Source of the DNA: Candidatus Binatia bacterium
GTDB taxonomy: Bacteria > Desulfobacterota > Binatia > Bin18
DNA length: 64,000 nt
Reading direction: 5' to 3'
Assembly (NCBI GenBank): GCA_963666315.2
Contig: CAXXHG010000047.1
Span: 1 to 64,000, forward strand
Shown here: positions 39,641 to 49,294 of the stretch, one piece after another
Numbering within the stretch: position 1 is the stretch's first letter
How the letters are laid out: every line of letters begins with the position of its first letter
The notes under the pieces: model-generated
Told to the model about the DNA's origin: nothing
The model's input: only the letters and a program-made list of their open reading frames with translations
Database searches by the model: none
Program-made: the position numbers and the translations under genes

Positions 39641-40233
39641 GCAGTGAGTTGACTCCAGACCTGCTGAATTTGGTGTTTCAGGTCTTCTAGCGAGCCGTCA
39701 TTGTGGATCACGACTGTGGCGTGCTTGAGGCGCTCTTGGTTTGAAAGCTGGTTGGCGATACGGGCTTCGGTATCTTTGGCCGCCATCCCGCGCTGCTCGG
39801 CGACACGCTCAATAACAGCGCTTTTGTCAGTCACGACCACCCAGACCTCGTCAGTGAGGGGGAGCCAGTTGGCTTCAATCAGAATGGCCGCCTCGACCAC
39901 AATCGGCGCGGTGTAGCCTTCGTCGCGCTTGGCTTGGATGCGCTGCTCGATTTCTGTGAACATAATCGGATGGACGATAGTGTTGAGCTGCGTGAGAGCA
40001 GCAGCGCTGCTAAAGACAATAGCCCCAAGCTTCTTGCGATCAATGGTTTGGTCTTCAGCCAAGATGTCTTGTCCAAAGGCTGCGCTGACCTGCTGCCAGG
40101 CGGCTTTGCCGGGCAGATAGATTTCGTGGCCGACTGTATCTGCATCAATCACAAACGCGCCAAGATCGGCCACGATTTGAGACACAGTGCTTTTACCTGA
40201 ACCAATGCCGCCGGTGAGTCCAATTGTTCTCAT
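39637..40233 (-). CDS. coaE: Dephospho-CoA kinase
   Basis: IGLTGGIGSGKSTV, IDAD, IDRKKLG.IVF, IVHP. Confidence 0.97.
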   Translation of the reverse strand: MRTIGLTGGIGSGKSTVSQIVADLGAFVIDADTVGHEIYLPGKAAWQQVSAAFGQDILAEDQTIDRKKLGAIVFSSAAALTQLNTIVHPIMFTEIEQRIQAKRDEGYTAPIVVEAAILIEANWLPLTDEVWVVVTDKSAVIERVAEQRGMAAKDTEARIANQLSNQERLKHATVVIHNDGSLEDLKHQIQQVWSQLTA

Positions 40234-40361
40234 GTGAGTACTGCCTTGTGTTGGGTCTTGCAGGTTGTGTCAGAGATAACCAGCCGCTGCAAGGGGAAAG
40301 CTGGGTTCTCTCTTGATAGGGCACATGTTATCACAACGAGCGAACGCTGCAGGGAGGACCC

Positions 40362-41111
40362 ATGCCATACGCTGAAGTGCGCGGAACGAAATTGTATTAC
40401 GAAGACCTCGGAGAAGGCCCGCCCGTCCTCTTGTTGCCTGGAGCGCTCGGAACCGGTCAATCGGATCTTGGCCCGCAACTGGAAGCGCTGCCGCAACGCG
40501 GGGTACGCGTGATTGCTCCCGACCCGCGTGGCTACGGGAACTCACGCCCCCCGGCGCGTGAGTTCCCGATCGACTTTTACCAGCAAGACGCACACGATTT
40601 TGCGGCCCTGATGGAGTCGATAGACTGCCCAACCTACGCTGTTGGAGGCTGGAGCGATGGCGCGATTATAAGCATGCTGCTCACCTTGGCCTACCCACAG
40701 CAAGTGACCAAGATGGCCATCTGGGGCGGCAATGCGTATATCTCGCAGGAAGATATTGTGGCTTACGAGAAAACGCGCTCCATCTCAGACTGGTCACCTC
40801 GTATGGCCGCACCGATGCAGGCTCTCTACGGAGATGATTTCCAAGATCTGTGGTCCGGCTGGTGCGATGCTCAGCAGGCCATCCTCAAAGCGAGTGGAGA
40901 CTTGTGTCGCGAGCGTGTGTCTGGTATCGCCTGCCCGACTTTTCTTATGCACGGCGGAAAAGATCCGTTGGTCCCCCTCTTTCACGCCCATTTTTTGCAG
41001 CAGGAGATCGCCGGCTCACGACTGCACGTCTTTCCGGATGGCAAACATAATATCCATCTCGCCTATGCAGACCAGTTCAACGACATTTTAGTTGAATTCC
41101 TGCAGTCATAA
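40362..41111 (+). CDS. Alpha/beta hydrolase (BPHL/valacyclovir hydrolase-like)
   Basis: LPGALGT, DPRGYGNSRPP.R, GWSDGA, GKHNIHL. Confidence 0.9.
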   Translation: MPYAEVRGTKLYYEDLGEGPPVLLLPGALGTGQSDLGPQLEALPQRGVRVIAPDPRGYGNSRPPAREFPIDFYQQDAHDFAALMESIDCPTYAVGGWSDGAIISMLLTLAYPQQVTKMAIWGGNAYISQEDIVAYEKTRSISDWSPRMAAPMQALYGDDFQDLWSGWCDAQQAILKASGDLCRERVSGIACPTFLMHGGKDPLVPLFHAHFLQQEIAGSRLHVFPDGKHNIHLAYADQFNDILVEFLQS

Positions 41112-41137
41112 GTATTGGACAGGAAGAGGAGCATGAT

Positions 41138-41749
41138 ATGCCGAAAGTCGAATTTTTTTACGATTACTCGAGTCCGTGGACGTATCTCGCGTTTGCGAAG
41201 ATTGATGGTCTGTGCCAAAAATACGGCGCCGAACTGGAATGGCGTCCGTTTCTTGTTGGTGGCGTGTTCAATACCGTCAATCCTTCGGTCTATGAGTTCC
41301 GGGAAAAGGGTGTCCCTGCCAAACAGAACTATATGGCTAAAGACATGCGTGACTGGGCTCGCTACTACGGCCTGAGCATCAAAATGCCGCCGTCTGTTTT
41401 TCCGGTCAATTCAATCAAGGCCCTGCGTGGGGCTCTCGTCGCGCTCGGACATCCTGGCAAGTTCTTGCCCTATAGTTACCGCGTGTTTGAAACGTATTGG
41501 GGCGAGGATCAAGACATTAGCCAAGACGACGTGCTGCAGAAGATCGTAGATCGCGTCGGTCTTGATACCGACGAGTACTTCGACAAGATTAAACGCCAGA
41601 ACTATAAAGATCAGATTCGCGCCAACACCGATGAGGTCATTAAACGTGGTGGGTTCGGCACGCCGACTATCTTTGTCAATAGCGACTCAATGTTCTTTGG
41701 AAATGATCGGCTGGTGTTGGTTGAGGAAGAATTGAAGAGGACTGGTTAG
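41138..41749 (+). CDS. 2-hydroxychromene-2-carboxylate isomerase / kappa-GST (DsbA-like)
   Basis: FFYDYSSPWTYL, FPVNS, GGFGTPTIFV, FFGNDRL. Confidence 0.92.
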   Translation: MPKVEFFYDYSSPWTYLAFAKIDGLCQKYGAELEWRPFLVGGVFNTVNPSVYEFREKGVPAKQNYMAKDMRDWARYYGLSIKMPPSVFPVNSIKALRGALVALGHPGKFLPYSYRVFETYWGEDQDISQDDVLQKIVDRVGLDTDEYFDKIKRQNYKDQIRANTDEVIKRGGFGTPTIFVNSDSMFFGNDRLVLVEEELKRTG

Positions 41750-41840
41750 GGGATGGGGGATGGGAGTTAGGGTACAGGGAAGAAGAATGCCATAAGTGGC
41801 AAGGCCGCCTGTGGCAACTCTCACCCCCTAACTCCTAATT
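41745..41840. repeat. Inverted blocks of degenerate G-rich heptamer repeats
   Basis: GTTAGGGGATGGGGGATGGGAGTTAGGG ... CCCCCTAACTCCTAA between convergent genes. Confidence 0.5.
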
Positions 41841-41841
41841 C

Positions 41842-42195
41842 TTACCCATCCCAGCCCCATTTTTGCTTATTGGCAGTGATTTCGTCCGAGGTTGGATGTT
41901 CTATCTTCTCGAGCTCGGCGACTTCGAAGTTATCCATGTCGTCGACCATCGCGTAGTTGAGTGGTGTATCCTCGGTAAAAACATCCGGCACCGCAACTTC
42001 CTCAAAAATAGCCTGCCATGGACATTCTGGTTCACATGCCCCGCAGTCAATACATTCGTCTGGGTGAATATAGAGCTGTTTGGGAAACCGTTCCGCATCT
42101 TCGCCCGTATATTTGTAGATACAGTCTACCGGACACACCGCCACACATCCTGTGTCAACACAATCCCGGCACAACCTGGTGATGATGTAGGTCAT
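41842..42195 (-). CDS. Ferredoxin (7Fe/dicluster type)
   Basis: [37 protein letters not shown]; AAGGAGG RBS. Confidence 0.95.
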   Translation of the reverse strand: MTYIITRLCRDCVDTGCVAVCPVDCIYKYTGEDAERFPKQLYIHPDECIDCGACEPECPWQAIFEEVAVPDVFTEDTPLNYAMVDDMDNFEVAELEKIEHPTSDEITANKQKWGWDG

Positions 42196-42372
42196 CGTCG
42201 TCCTCCTTGCTTCATATCCAACATGCTCTGTGTACGGAGAAAGACCGGTCAGCTCCGTGAGCCCCCCTGTGCTATCGCATCGCTTCAGGAAGGTCAATTC
42301 CGGATGGCAGGAAGAAAACCTGTGGGTTTTCGGCGAGAAGCTGCCTCCCTCAGAGGGAAGCCTGAGGGATCT

Positions 42373-43206
42373 CTAGGAGCCGTGGCGCTTGCCCACCGAA
42401 ATCTTGAGCTCGCTAATAATGAGCGGGCCACGGTGGGAAAAGAGAGTGATATCGTCCGGCAGTACAGTATCCTGAAGGTGCAGAATCAGACGCATGCGTT
42501 CGGCTTGTTCTCGGCTTATGGAGGTAGTGCGAGAATTGAGACGCGCGGCTAAGCTCGATTGGCTTCGGCCTGCGGGTTGCCTGGTTGCTATGGTTGCTTC
42601 GGAAAAAGAGTAGGTCTTTTCCGCCGTCCGAATAGAGATGAGATGCCGGAGCCGCTCATGTTGGCGTGAGTCCGTAAGATCGAAGACCAAGGTGTCTCCT
42701 TGCGGACTGATTTGTCGCGCCACAGTCCGCATCAAAGCATGGTCTTGTTCAACTGCGGACAAGTGCTGGTAAGCCAGAATCCAGGCACTCAGGGGGAGGG
42801 CGACGACCAGAAAGGTGACAACGGTCCTACGCGAGAACAGCAGTGGAACGGTGAGACGGCTGCCGAAGTCTTGTAGGACAAGGTAAATGCCGATCGGTAC
42901 GGCCACCGCTGCAACGCCCAGGCCGAAAACAGTTGGACCGCTCAAGCGTCCCTCTATACTCAGAACGATCAACGATAAAACTGAAAAGAGAACAGCCGTA
43001 AAGAAAGAAAACGTGAGGCGCTGAGCGAGGTTATCATACAAGACGAGGGATATGCTGATTGCCAGAACGAGTGCAAGGAAAGGGGCCAAAAGGAGACCGT
43101 CTCGGTATACGGTCCCAATAGACCACGAAATACTTGTTGCTCCAATTCCTCCCGCCGCCACCCCCCACCCCATCCCGAGGAGTCGAGTTGCGTTGCGCGT
43201 AGGCAT
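42373..43206 (-). CDS. Hypothetical membrane protein
   Basis: 277-aa ORF with about 5 transmembrane segments followed by a soluble domain; RBS present. Confidence 0.7.
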   Translation of the reverse strand: MPTRNATRLLGMGWGVAAGGIGATSISWSIGTVYRDGLLLAPFLALVLAISISLVLYDNLAQRLTFSFFTAVLFSVLSLIVLSIEGRLSGPTVFGLGVAAVAVPIGIYLVLQDFGSRLTVPLLFSRRTVVTFLVVALPLSAWILAYQHLSAVEQDHALMRTVARQISPQGDTLVFDLTDSRQHERLRHLISIRTAEKTYSFSEATIATRQPAGRSQSSLAARLNSRTTSISREQAERMRLILHLQDTVLPDDITLFSHRGPLIISELKISVGKRHGS

Positions 43207-43490
43207 TTCTTGTTGGCCTTCCTTGTTTCCATCCTAGTCTGGTTTTTACTGCCGACGCAAACATTACCATTTGGGAGTGGATTGCTGAGGAGTACCAAAA
43301 AAGACTATTGGAAGGCGCCTGTCTTTGGAAAAGAGGAAACGCATATACGGAAACCTACTCATGGCTTCCACACAAAAATATCCCATTACTGTTTTTCGTC
43401 CAGATGAAAGTCCAATTGCTCAAAACAGTGTAAAAACCACTCCCCCTACCGACTATAATCCCCAGCAAAATCAACACAGCTCTTTACGCC

Positions 43491-43520
43491 AAGTGCTCAA
43501 AACAGTTATTTTGAGCACTT
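43491..43520. terminator. 12-bp perfect hairpin downstream of the GFA gene
   Basis: AAGTGCTCAAAA-CAGTTA-TTTTGAGCACTT. Confidence 0.45.
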
Positions 43521-43537
43521 CAGAGCTGCACGGGACG

Positions 43538-43993
43538 TTAGCCTCCCGAGGCTAAGAGCGCCTGGACTTCCTCGTCCGTCGACCGGGTCTCGAATTGAGG
43601 GATATCTGGATGCAGGATATCCCACGGATGGGCACTGGACGTCCAGCCCTCCATCACAGGCTCCAGCCCGCTAGGGTCGTCCAGGCTGGCCACACTCAAC
43701 ATCCTGAACTCGGGAACCGCGTCAGCTTTGGCCCCGAGCGGCAACCCACAGTCAGGACAGAAGCTACGGTAGACGGTGTTCCCACTAAAGCCCTTGACGC
43801 CATAATACTTCGGCTCGCCTTTGGTAAAAGTCAGCGCTGGAACCGGGACCCACACATTGGTGGCAAAAGCGCTCCCAGAGGCCCGTTGGCAATCCTGACA
43901 ATGGCATTTCACCATAAACAGAGGCGCCGCTGAACGTTCATAGCGAATCGCCCCACAGCCGCAACCGCCAGTGAATGGAACAGAGATAGCCAT
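43538..43993 (-). CDS. GFA (CENP-V) family protein
   Basis: GGCGCGAIRY, CHCQDCQRASG, RSFCPDCG. Confidence 0.93.
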   Translation of the reverse strand: MAISVPFTGGCGCGAIRYERSAAPLFMVKCHCQDCQRASGSAFATNVWVPVPALTFTKGEPKYYGVKGFSGNTVYRSFCPDCGLPLGAKADAVPEFRMLSVASLDDPSGLEPVMEGWTSSAHPWDILHPDIPQFETRSTDEEVQALLASGG

Positions 43994-44113
43994 TAGCGAA
44001 TCCTCCTCTTTGTTCTCGCCGTATCACTTTGGGCTGCGCGAAAAAAGAGTTTGGGGTTGCCGTAGTCGGTCGATACATGCTCAAATGAACTCGCGAATCA
44101 AATTCCGACGAAG

Positions 44114-44950
44114 CTATTCCAGATTCTTCGCGAAATCCGGACCACCCTCGGTGGAGAAGACCGCTGTGGTGATGCCTGCATCAATAAGGTCCGCGAGCTT
44201 CTCCCGGCATCGTTGCGGACTGCCGGCCAGGGTGAGCCCATCTACCATGGCCGCACTCACCATGTCGGGTCGCACCTCACCGTGCGCGTAGCTCTGGCGA
44301 ATCACGCTGACGTCCTTGGGAGTGAGGCCGAAGTTTGTGAATATCGGCAGTTCCGGCTGATTCGCAAACGAGCCGAGGACCGTCGTAATCAATGGCTTGA
44401 TGGATTCGCGAGCCGCCTGGTCATCATCTGCGACCGCCGTGAAAATGAAGGAGCTGTAGTCGAAGTCGGAGAGGTTGCGGCCAGCCCGCTCGCCTCCGAT
44501 GCGAATGCGCTCAATGGCCCGGCTAACTGCCTCTGCTCCGAAGCCGAAGGGCAGCCATCCATCAGCAACCTCGCCCGTGAGTTCCAGCGTCTTGGGGGAG
44601 GTTGCGCCCAGATAGATGGGCACCTCAGCGCGGAGCGGCTCCAAATAGAAGCGCATGCCCGCACCAGCGCGAAAAACACGGCCCTGATATTCCACCTGCT
44701 CCTCAATCCACAGCCTGACACTTGCGCCAAGGCCAAGGATGGCGCGCCCACCGGAGAGCTGGTCGAGCGCGGCCAGTTCCATCGCAATGAGCACGGGGTG
44801 ACGCGTGAAGGGATTAATGACGCCAGTGCCGATTTTGATTGTGCTGGTCGTAGCCGCGATAGCGGCACAGGAGCTGAAGGCTCCCGGAAAGGCATAGTCC
44901 TCCGGCACCCCGAAACTGTTGAAGCCCAACTGCTCAAAACAGTACAAAAC
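44114..44950 (-). pseudogene. LLM-class (Mer-like) oxidoreductase, N-terminally truncated with an internal deletion
   Basis: IGTGVINPFTRHPVLIAM, LSGGRAILGLG present; the helix normally between WIEEQ and VEYQG is absent and there is no normal N-terminus. Confidence 0.65.
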
Positions 44951-44999
44951 TCCCCTCCGCCAACGCCCATAATCCACAGTAAACTCAAGACTACTCTTT

Positions 45000-47165
45000 T
45001 CACCTGCATGGGCCGTGCGCACGATGATAGTCGGTCACGAGACAGAGGGCGCGCGCTGCCCGCTCGTGTGTGGGCATGGTAGCGATCCTACGTGCATGAA
45101 ATTGAGAACGCGCTTCAAGGAGTTCCGCTTCGCGGGCAAAAGGTTGGAGTACAACGAAAAAGGGTTTGGCTGAACGTGCCGCAAAACCACTCAGAGTATC
45201 TAACAAAGAGGTGAGTATCTCAGGTCGCGCTTGCCATTGTCCGGCAACCAAACCGGCCCCGGTATCCATAACTATAGCGTCAATATTGGGATCACGATCA
45301 AGGATGGACAGGAGTCGAGCCAGGGTGTCTGTCATCTGGCCCATGCCGATGGTATGGCCGGAGTCGAGTGGATTACGAAAACTACCGCCTATCACACTAA
45401 AGAACGAAGAGAGTTCTTTGTAGGACGTGTCGCTGAGGAGGGGGACGCGCAGGCCCGCGTGCTCAAACGCATCCGTCATAGTCACCGACGGCCCGCCGGT
45501 CATGGCAACCAGGCCGACCCCATCTCCGGTTGTGGGGTTTACAAACTGCAGGAGCTTGATGACGTCGAGCAGTTCATCAAAACTGCCGGCGGGAATCGCG
45601 CCGGCCTGACGGACCATAGCGTTCCACACTGCAGCGGGGACTGCCAGCGAGCCCGTGTGGGATGAGATCGCCCGCTGGCCGGCTTCGCTCTGCCCGCCTT
45701 TCCAAACCACAACAGGCTTTTTGGGCGTGACCTGTCGCAGCAAAGAGAAAAAACGGCGGCCTGCGCGTATGCCTTCGAGATACATGCCAATGATCCGGGT
45801 CTCTTCGTCATGGGCGAGATAATCGAGGTAATCACTCGCGTCGAGGACTGCGGCATTCCCAAAGCTGACAGCTTTACTAATCTTGAGTCCGTGGTTGGGG
45901 GCGGCCAGGCTAAAGGTGATGGTATGCGTACCGCTCTGACCAATAAAGCCGACCGTGCCGGGCTCGCCGGCCGGCAAGTCTGGATAATTGCGTAACCCGA
46001 TCTTGGGATTATAGAGTCCCATACAGTTCGGGCCGATGAGGGCGAGTCCGGCTTCCTGCGCTGTCTGGGTGACCAGCTGTTCCAGGCGTTGCCCCTCTTC
46101 ATCTTTTACTTCAGAGAAACCGGAGGTAAAGAGCATCACGCCAGAGACCTTTTTGGCTGCACAGTCGGCTACTATCCGAGGCGCAATCTGGCGTGGGACT
46201 GCAGTCATGACATAGTCAATGTCTTCCGGGATGGCATCCAAGCTTGGATAATTATCGATCCCTAAAGCCGTGATGCCGGGGATTTCACGCTCATCGATCT
46301 GTACCGAATAGACCTTGCCTTGGAAGGTGCTCTGGCTGCGCAGCCACAGGTAATTCATCGCGCGTTTATCGCCAATTACGGCAACCGCTTTGGGGTTAAA
46401 CGCCCGGTCCAACGAGGCCCGCGTTGTTGCAGAGAGCGGACGAGGAGCAGCCAGCGGCCCTGTAGAACGAATAACGACCCGCGCATCAACGGCGAGGCAG
46501 CCGTCGGCATAGGCGAAAATGGGATTAAGGTCGAGTTCCTGAACATCGGGCTGGGCTTCGGCCAAGGCCGAAAGCGCGAGCAGAGTCTGTTCCAAGGCGG
46601 TGAGGTCAACGGCGGCTTGGCCACGATGTCCGGTTAACGACGGGAGTCCGGTGACCTCACGAATCATTGTACGGGCATCGTATTGGTTGAGTGGAACTAA
46701 ACGAAAGGCGACATCCTTGAGAACCTCTACATGTACACCGCCCAAGCCGAACATCACGAGTGGGCCGAACTGTGCATCAGTCGTCAGACCGATGATGACT
46801 TCGACCCCAGGCTGGGCCATGGGCTGAACGGATACACCGTCGAGGATCGCGTTGGGTTGCGCTTTTTGCACGCTCTGCGTGATTGCAGCAAATCCGTCGC
46901 GGACCACATCCTCTGAAGTCAGATTCAGTTGAACACCGCCCACATCGCTCTTATGCGCAACGTCAGGTGAGCAGACTTTGAGCGCCACAGGGAACCCCAC
47001 GTCGCGGGCTATCGATATCGCCTCTTCTGCCGTCCGCGCCAACTCCGTGCGCACAACGGATATGCCTGCCGCTTGAACGAGCGCCTTCGCTTCGACTTCG
47101 GTGAGCAAGGTGCGACCCCGAGCCTTTGTCTGTTGAATGAGCGCGTATACGTCGGTGTTGGCCAT
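45000..47165 (-). CDS. ADP-forming acetate/acyl-CoA ligase (beta-alpha fusion)
   Basis: ATP-grasp HKSDVGGV, FGLGG, DLNP; then GPNCMG, QSG, SHTGSLA (phospho-His), NPLD. Confidence 0.93.
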   Translation of the reverse strand: MANTDVYALIQQTKARGRTLLTEVEAKALVQAAGISVVRTELARTAEEAISIARDVGFPVALKVCSPDVAHKSDVGGVQLNLTSEDVVRDGFAAITQSVQKAQPNAILDGVSVQPMAQPGVEVIIGLTTDAQFGPLVMFGLGGVHVEVLKDVAFRLVPLNQYDARTMIREVTGLPSLTGHRGQAAVDLTALEQTLLALSALAEAQPDVQELDLNPIFAYADGCLAVDARVVIRSTGPLAAPRPLSATTRASLDRAFNPKAVAVIGDKRAMNYLWLRSQSTFQGKVYSVQIDEREIPGITALGIDNYPSLDAIPEDIDYVMTAVPRQIAPRIVADCAAKKVSGVMLFTSGFSEVKDEEGQRLEQLVTQTAQEAGLALIGPNCMGLYNPKIGLRNYPDLPAGEPGTVGFIGQSGTHTITFSLAAPNHGLKISKAVSFGNAAVLDASDYLDYLAHDEETRIIGMYLEGIRAGRRFFSLLRQVTPKKPVVVWKGGQSEAGQRAISSHTGSLAVPAAVWNAMVRQAGAIPAGSFDELLDVIKLLQFVNPTTGDGVGLVAMTGGPSVTMTDAFEHAGLRVPLLSDTSYKELSSFFSVIGGSFRNPLDSGHTIGMGQMTDTLARLLSILDRDPNIDAIVMDTGAGLVAGQWQARPEILTSLLDTLSGFAARSAKPFFVVLQPFAREAELLEARSQFHARRIATMPTHERAARALCLVTDYHRAHGPCR

Positions 47166-47240
47166 AGTTATCCCTCCTCATACGGTCGAGCCCCTTTTAT
47201 CCGAGTGTGTGTTGACGAGCAATCTTATAGGTGTGGAGTT

Positions 47241-47422
47241 GAGATGTTTGGTTGCGCTCAACATGACACCGTGAAACCGTTATTTGGATAGCCTCGTAGA
47301 GAGAGAACGGGGCCAGAGTACTCTGTCAGGGGTCACGTGAGAGGTCTGTCATGCTGAGCCGGCGCCCTCCAACTGCGCTCAGGACGAAGAGATTCTTCGT
47401 CGCATGGCTCCTCAGAATGGCA
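47241..47422. repeat. TGTC-type REP-like palindrome cluster
   Basis: 47390-47422 is a near reverse complement of 23959-23991; related halves at 47241-47269 and 47347. Confidence 0.65.
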
Positions 47423-47441
47423 CGTATCGAAAGTGGCGACG

Positions 47442-48116
47442 CTATGTTAATTTTTGCTCGACCTGTTTCCGCAAGGCGTCGATTTCGTCACGCAAGGTTT
47501 GGAGCTGCGTAGCGAGTGTCCCCTCGACCGCTTCTTGAACAAACTTCTCAATATATTTGCCCTGCATATCGCCTTCGATATTGACCCGATCGCCAGGTTT
47601 TCTGCGATGCAGTGTGGTGACTTCGTGGGTGTGGGGAATAATCGCGCAGGTAAATTCCGTGGGCTTGCAGTGAAACACCGTCAAGCTGATACCATCCACT
47701 GCCACTGAGCCTTTTTCTACAAGATAGCGGCTTAATTCGGTCGGAATAACAAAGGTATAAAGAAACGAATCGCCTTCCGGCTGGATGGATTGGACCTGGC
47801 CGACTCCATCAACATGCCCGAATACCAGATGGCCCGACAGCCGGTCATCAAGACGGAGCGAACGTTCCAGGTTGACGTTATCGCCGATGTGTAAGTCACC
47901 CAAATTGGTACGCCGCAGTGACTCAGCTGATACATCAAAGCTCAGTTCACCCTCGCCTGTGCGCGTCACCGTGAGACAGGTGCCGTTGGTGCAGATGCTC
48001 TCGCCTATGCTGACTTCTTGGCCCGGAATACTCGCTCGCAGTGTCAGACGTACACCCTCGACGATAGTGTCAATCTTAGTGATCGTCCCTGTGGTTTCGA
48101 TAACGCCACTAAACAT
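47442..48116 (-). CDS. ribE: Riboflavin synthase
   Basis: MFSGVIE, GESICTNGTCLTV, VNLERSL, GHLVFGHVDG, KGSVAVDGISLTV. Confidence 0.97.
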   Translation of the reverse strand: MFSGVIETTGTITKIDTIVEGVRLTLRASIPGQEVSIGESICTNGTCLTVTRTGEGELSFDVSAESLRRTNLGDLHIGDNVNLERSLRLDDRLSGHLVFGHVDGVGQVQSIQPEGDSFLYTFVIPTELSRYLVEKGSVAVDGISLTVFHCKPTEFTCAIIPHTHEVTTLHRRKPGDRVNIEGDMQGKYIEKFVQEAVEGTLATQLQTLRDEIDALRKQVEQKLT

Positions 48117-48124
48117 AATGCCTC

Positions 48125-48216
48125 GGAGGGATTGGGGGCTGGGGGAAAGATTCAGGTAAGAAAAGCTTAACGGCCCCTCCTTTTTATCAGACCCCTAATC
48201 CCTATTCCCCAGCCCC
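48125..48216. repeat. Inverted blocks of degenerate heptamer repeats
   Basis: GGGGATTGGGGGCTGGGGG ... CCCCTAATCCCTATTCCCCAGCCCC. Confidence 0.5.
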
Positions 48217-48221
48217 TTTTC

Positions 48222-48830
48222 CTAACCTGCAGCTTGGACGCTAGGTCGTTCTTTGAGCCGGCTGAGCCATGCTTCAAGTTTAGGGTGCGGGATTTCAACC
48301 TTCAGCGTGGGAAAGAGTAGAGCCCAGGAAACATACGGAATGTCCGCCATGGTAAACGTTGAGTCGAGCAGATAGTCGTTATTTCCCAGCTCGTTGGCAA
48401 TGTGATTAAAACAGGCATGCAGGTCTGCCGCTGCAGTGTTGACGACTTCCTGGTCAGCCGTAACGCCTTGCATGGGTTTGAGCAGCAGCTCTCCGACCAG
48501 CGTTGTAACTGCGCTTTCATAGGGATTATCGCCGTAATGCATCAGAACCCGTGCACGCGCCCGCTGTCCCGAATCTGCGGGGAGCAGCGCTGGGTCTGGG
48601 TAGGCGTCGTTCAAATATTCCATGATGACGGTGGACTCGTAGACTGTTGTTCCGTTGTCTTGCAGTGCTGGAACTTTTCCGTACGGATTGATAGCCAAAT
48701 ACTCCGGCGTTTTCTGCTCGCCCTTGGTGATATCAATACTGATTTTTTCGTACTGGAGGCCTTTCTCTGCGAGCACGATGCGGACCTTGCGTACTCGTGG
48801 CGATAGAGGGAAATCATACAGCTTCATCAT
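48222..48830 (-). CDS. Glutathione S-transferase family protein
   Basis: SPRVRKVRIVLAEKG, INPYGKVPAL, ESTVIMEYL, FTMADI. Confidence 0.95.
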   Translation of the reverse strand: MMKLYDFPLSPRVRKVRIVLAEKGLQYEKISIDITKGEQKTPEYLAINPYGKVPALQDNGTTVYESTVIMEYLNDAYPDPALLPADSGQRARARVLMHYGDNPYESAVTTLVGELLLKPMQGVTADQEVVNTAAADLHACFNHIANELGNNDYLLDSTFTMADIPYVSWALLFPTLKVEIPHPKLEAWLSRLKERPSVQAAG

Positions 48831-48985
48831 TCGGTGTCCTCCAATGACGGCCCTTGGTTCGCTTTTTCTTGTTCCTTTTTCTTGAGTTTTTCGAGCAGCT
48901 CGCGATCTCGTTTGGCAAAGTATTGATCTTCGTCAGCTTTGCCCTTGTCCCGAATTTTATTGCTGAGGTGGTCCTTATCGTCCAT
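48827..48985 (-). CDS. Small IF1/zeta-like (ATPase inhibitor-like) helical protein
   Basis: Own AGGAG RBS 7 nt before ATG; IRDKGKADEDQYFAKRDRELLEKLKK. Confidence 0.6.
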   Translation of the reverse strand: MDDKDHLSNKIRDKGKADEDQYFAKRDRELLEKLKKKEQEKANQGPSLEDTE

Positions 48986-49261
48986 CAGTTTACTCCTGCT
49001 ACCCTGCTGCTCCTGCTGTTTTTTTGACTTTAGACGGTTCATAAGACGGTTCATAAAATCCTGGGCCTTTTGTTTCAGAAAAATGTGCCACCTGACTGCC
49101 CATTTGAAATCTCGACTGAGAATCCCAAAACTCAAAACAACCAGCACAATGCCCGGACCAGGAACGCCAGGCAGGCTGAGAAAGAGGCCGGCAAGGAGGA
49201 GTAGGAATCCAGCGCCGATCCGGCATATGCGCCAGAGCTGACCGCGTGCTGTACGCAGCAT
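48986..49261 (-). CDS. PGPGW-family membrane protein (reads in frame into the small ORF as assembled)
   Basis: GFLLLLAGLFLSLPGVPGPG...LSRDFKWA. Confidence 0.75.
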
Positions 49262-49294
49262 ATTCAGTCAACCTCAGAGTCGGGTCGAGACAGG

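Noticed and set aside
42200-42372. Ferredoxin upstream region as an ncRNA or N-terminal extension
   Set aside because: Only a short hairpin after the upstream stop; a strong RBS fixes the start at 42195.
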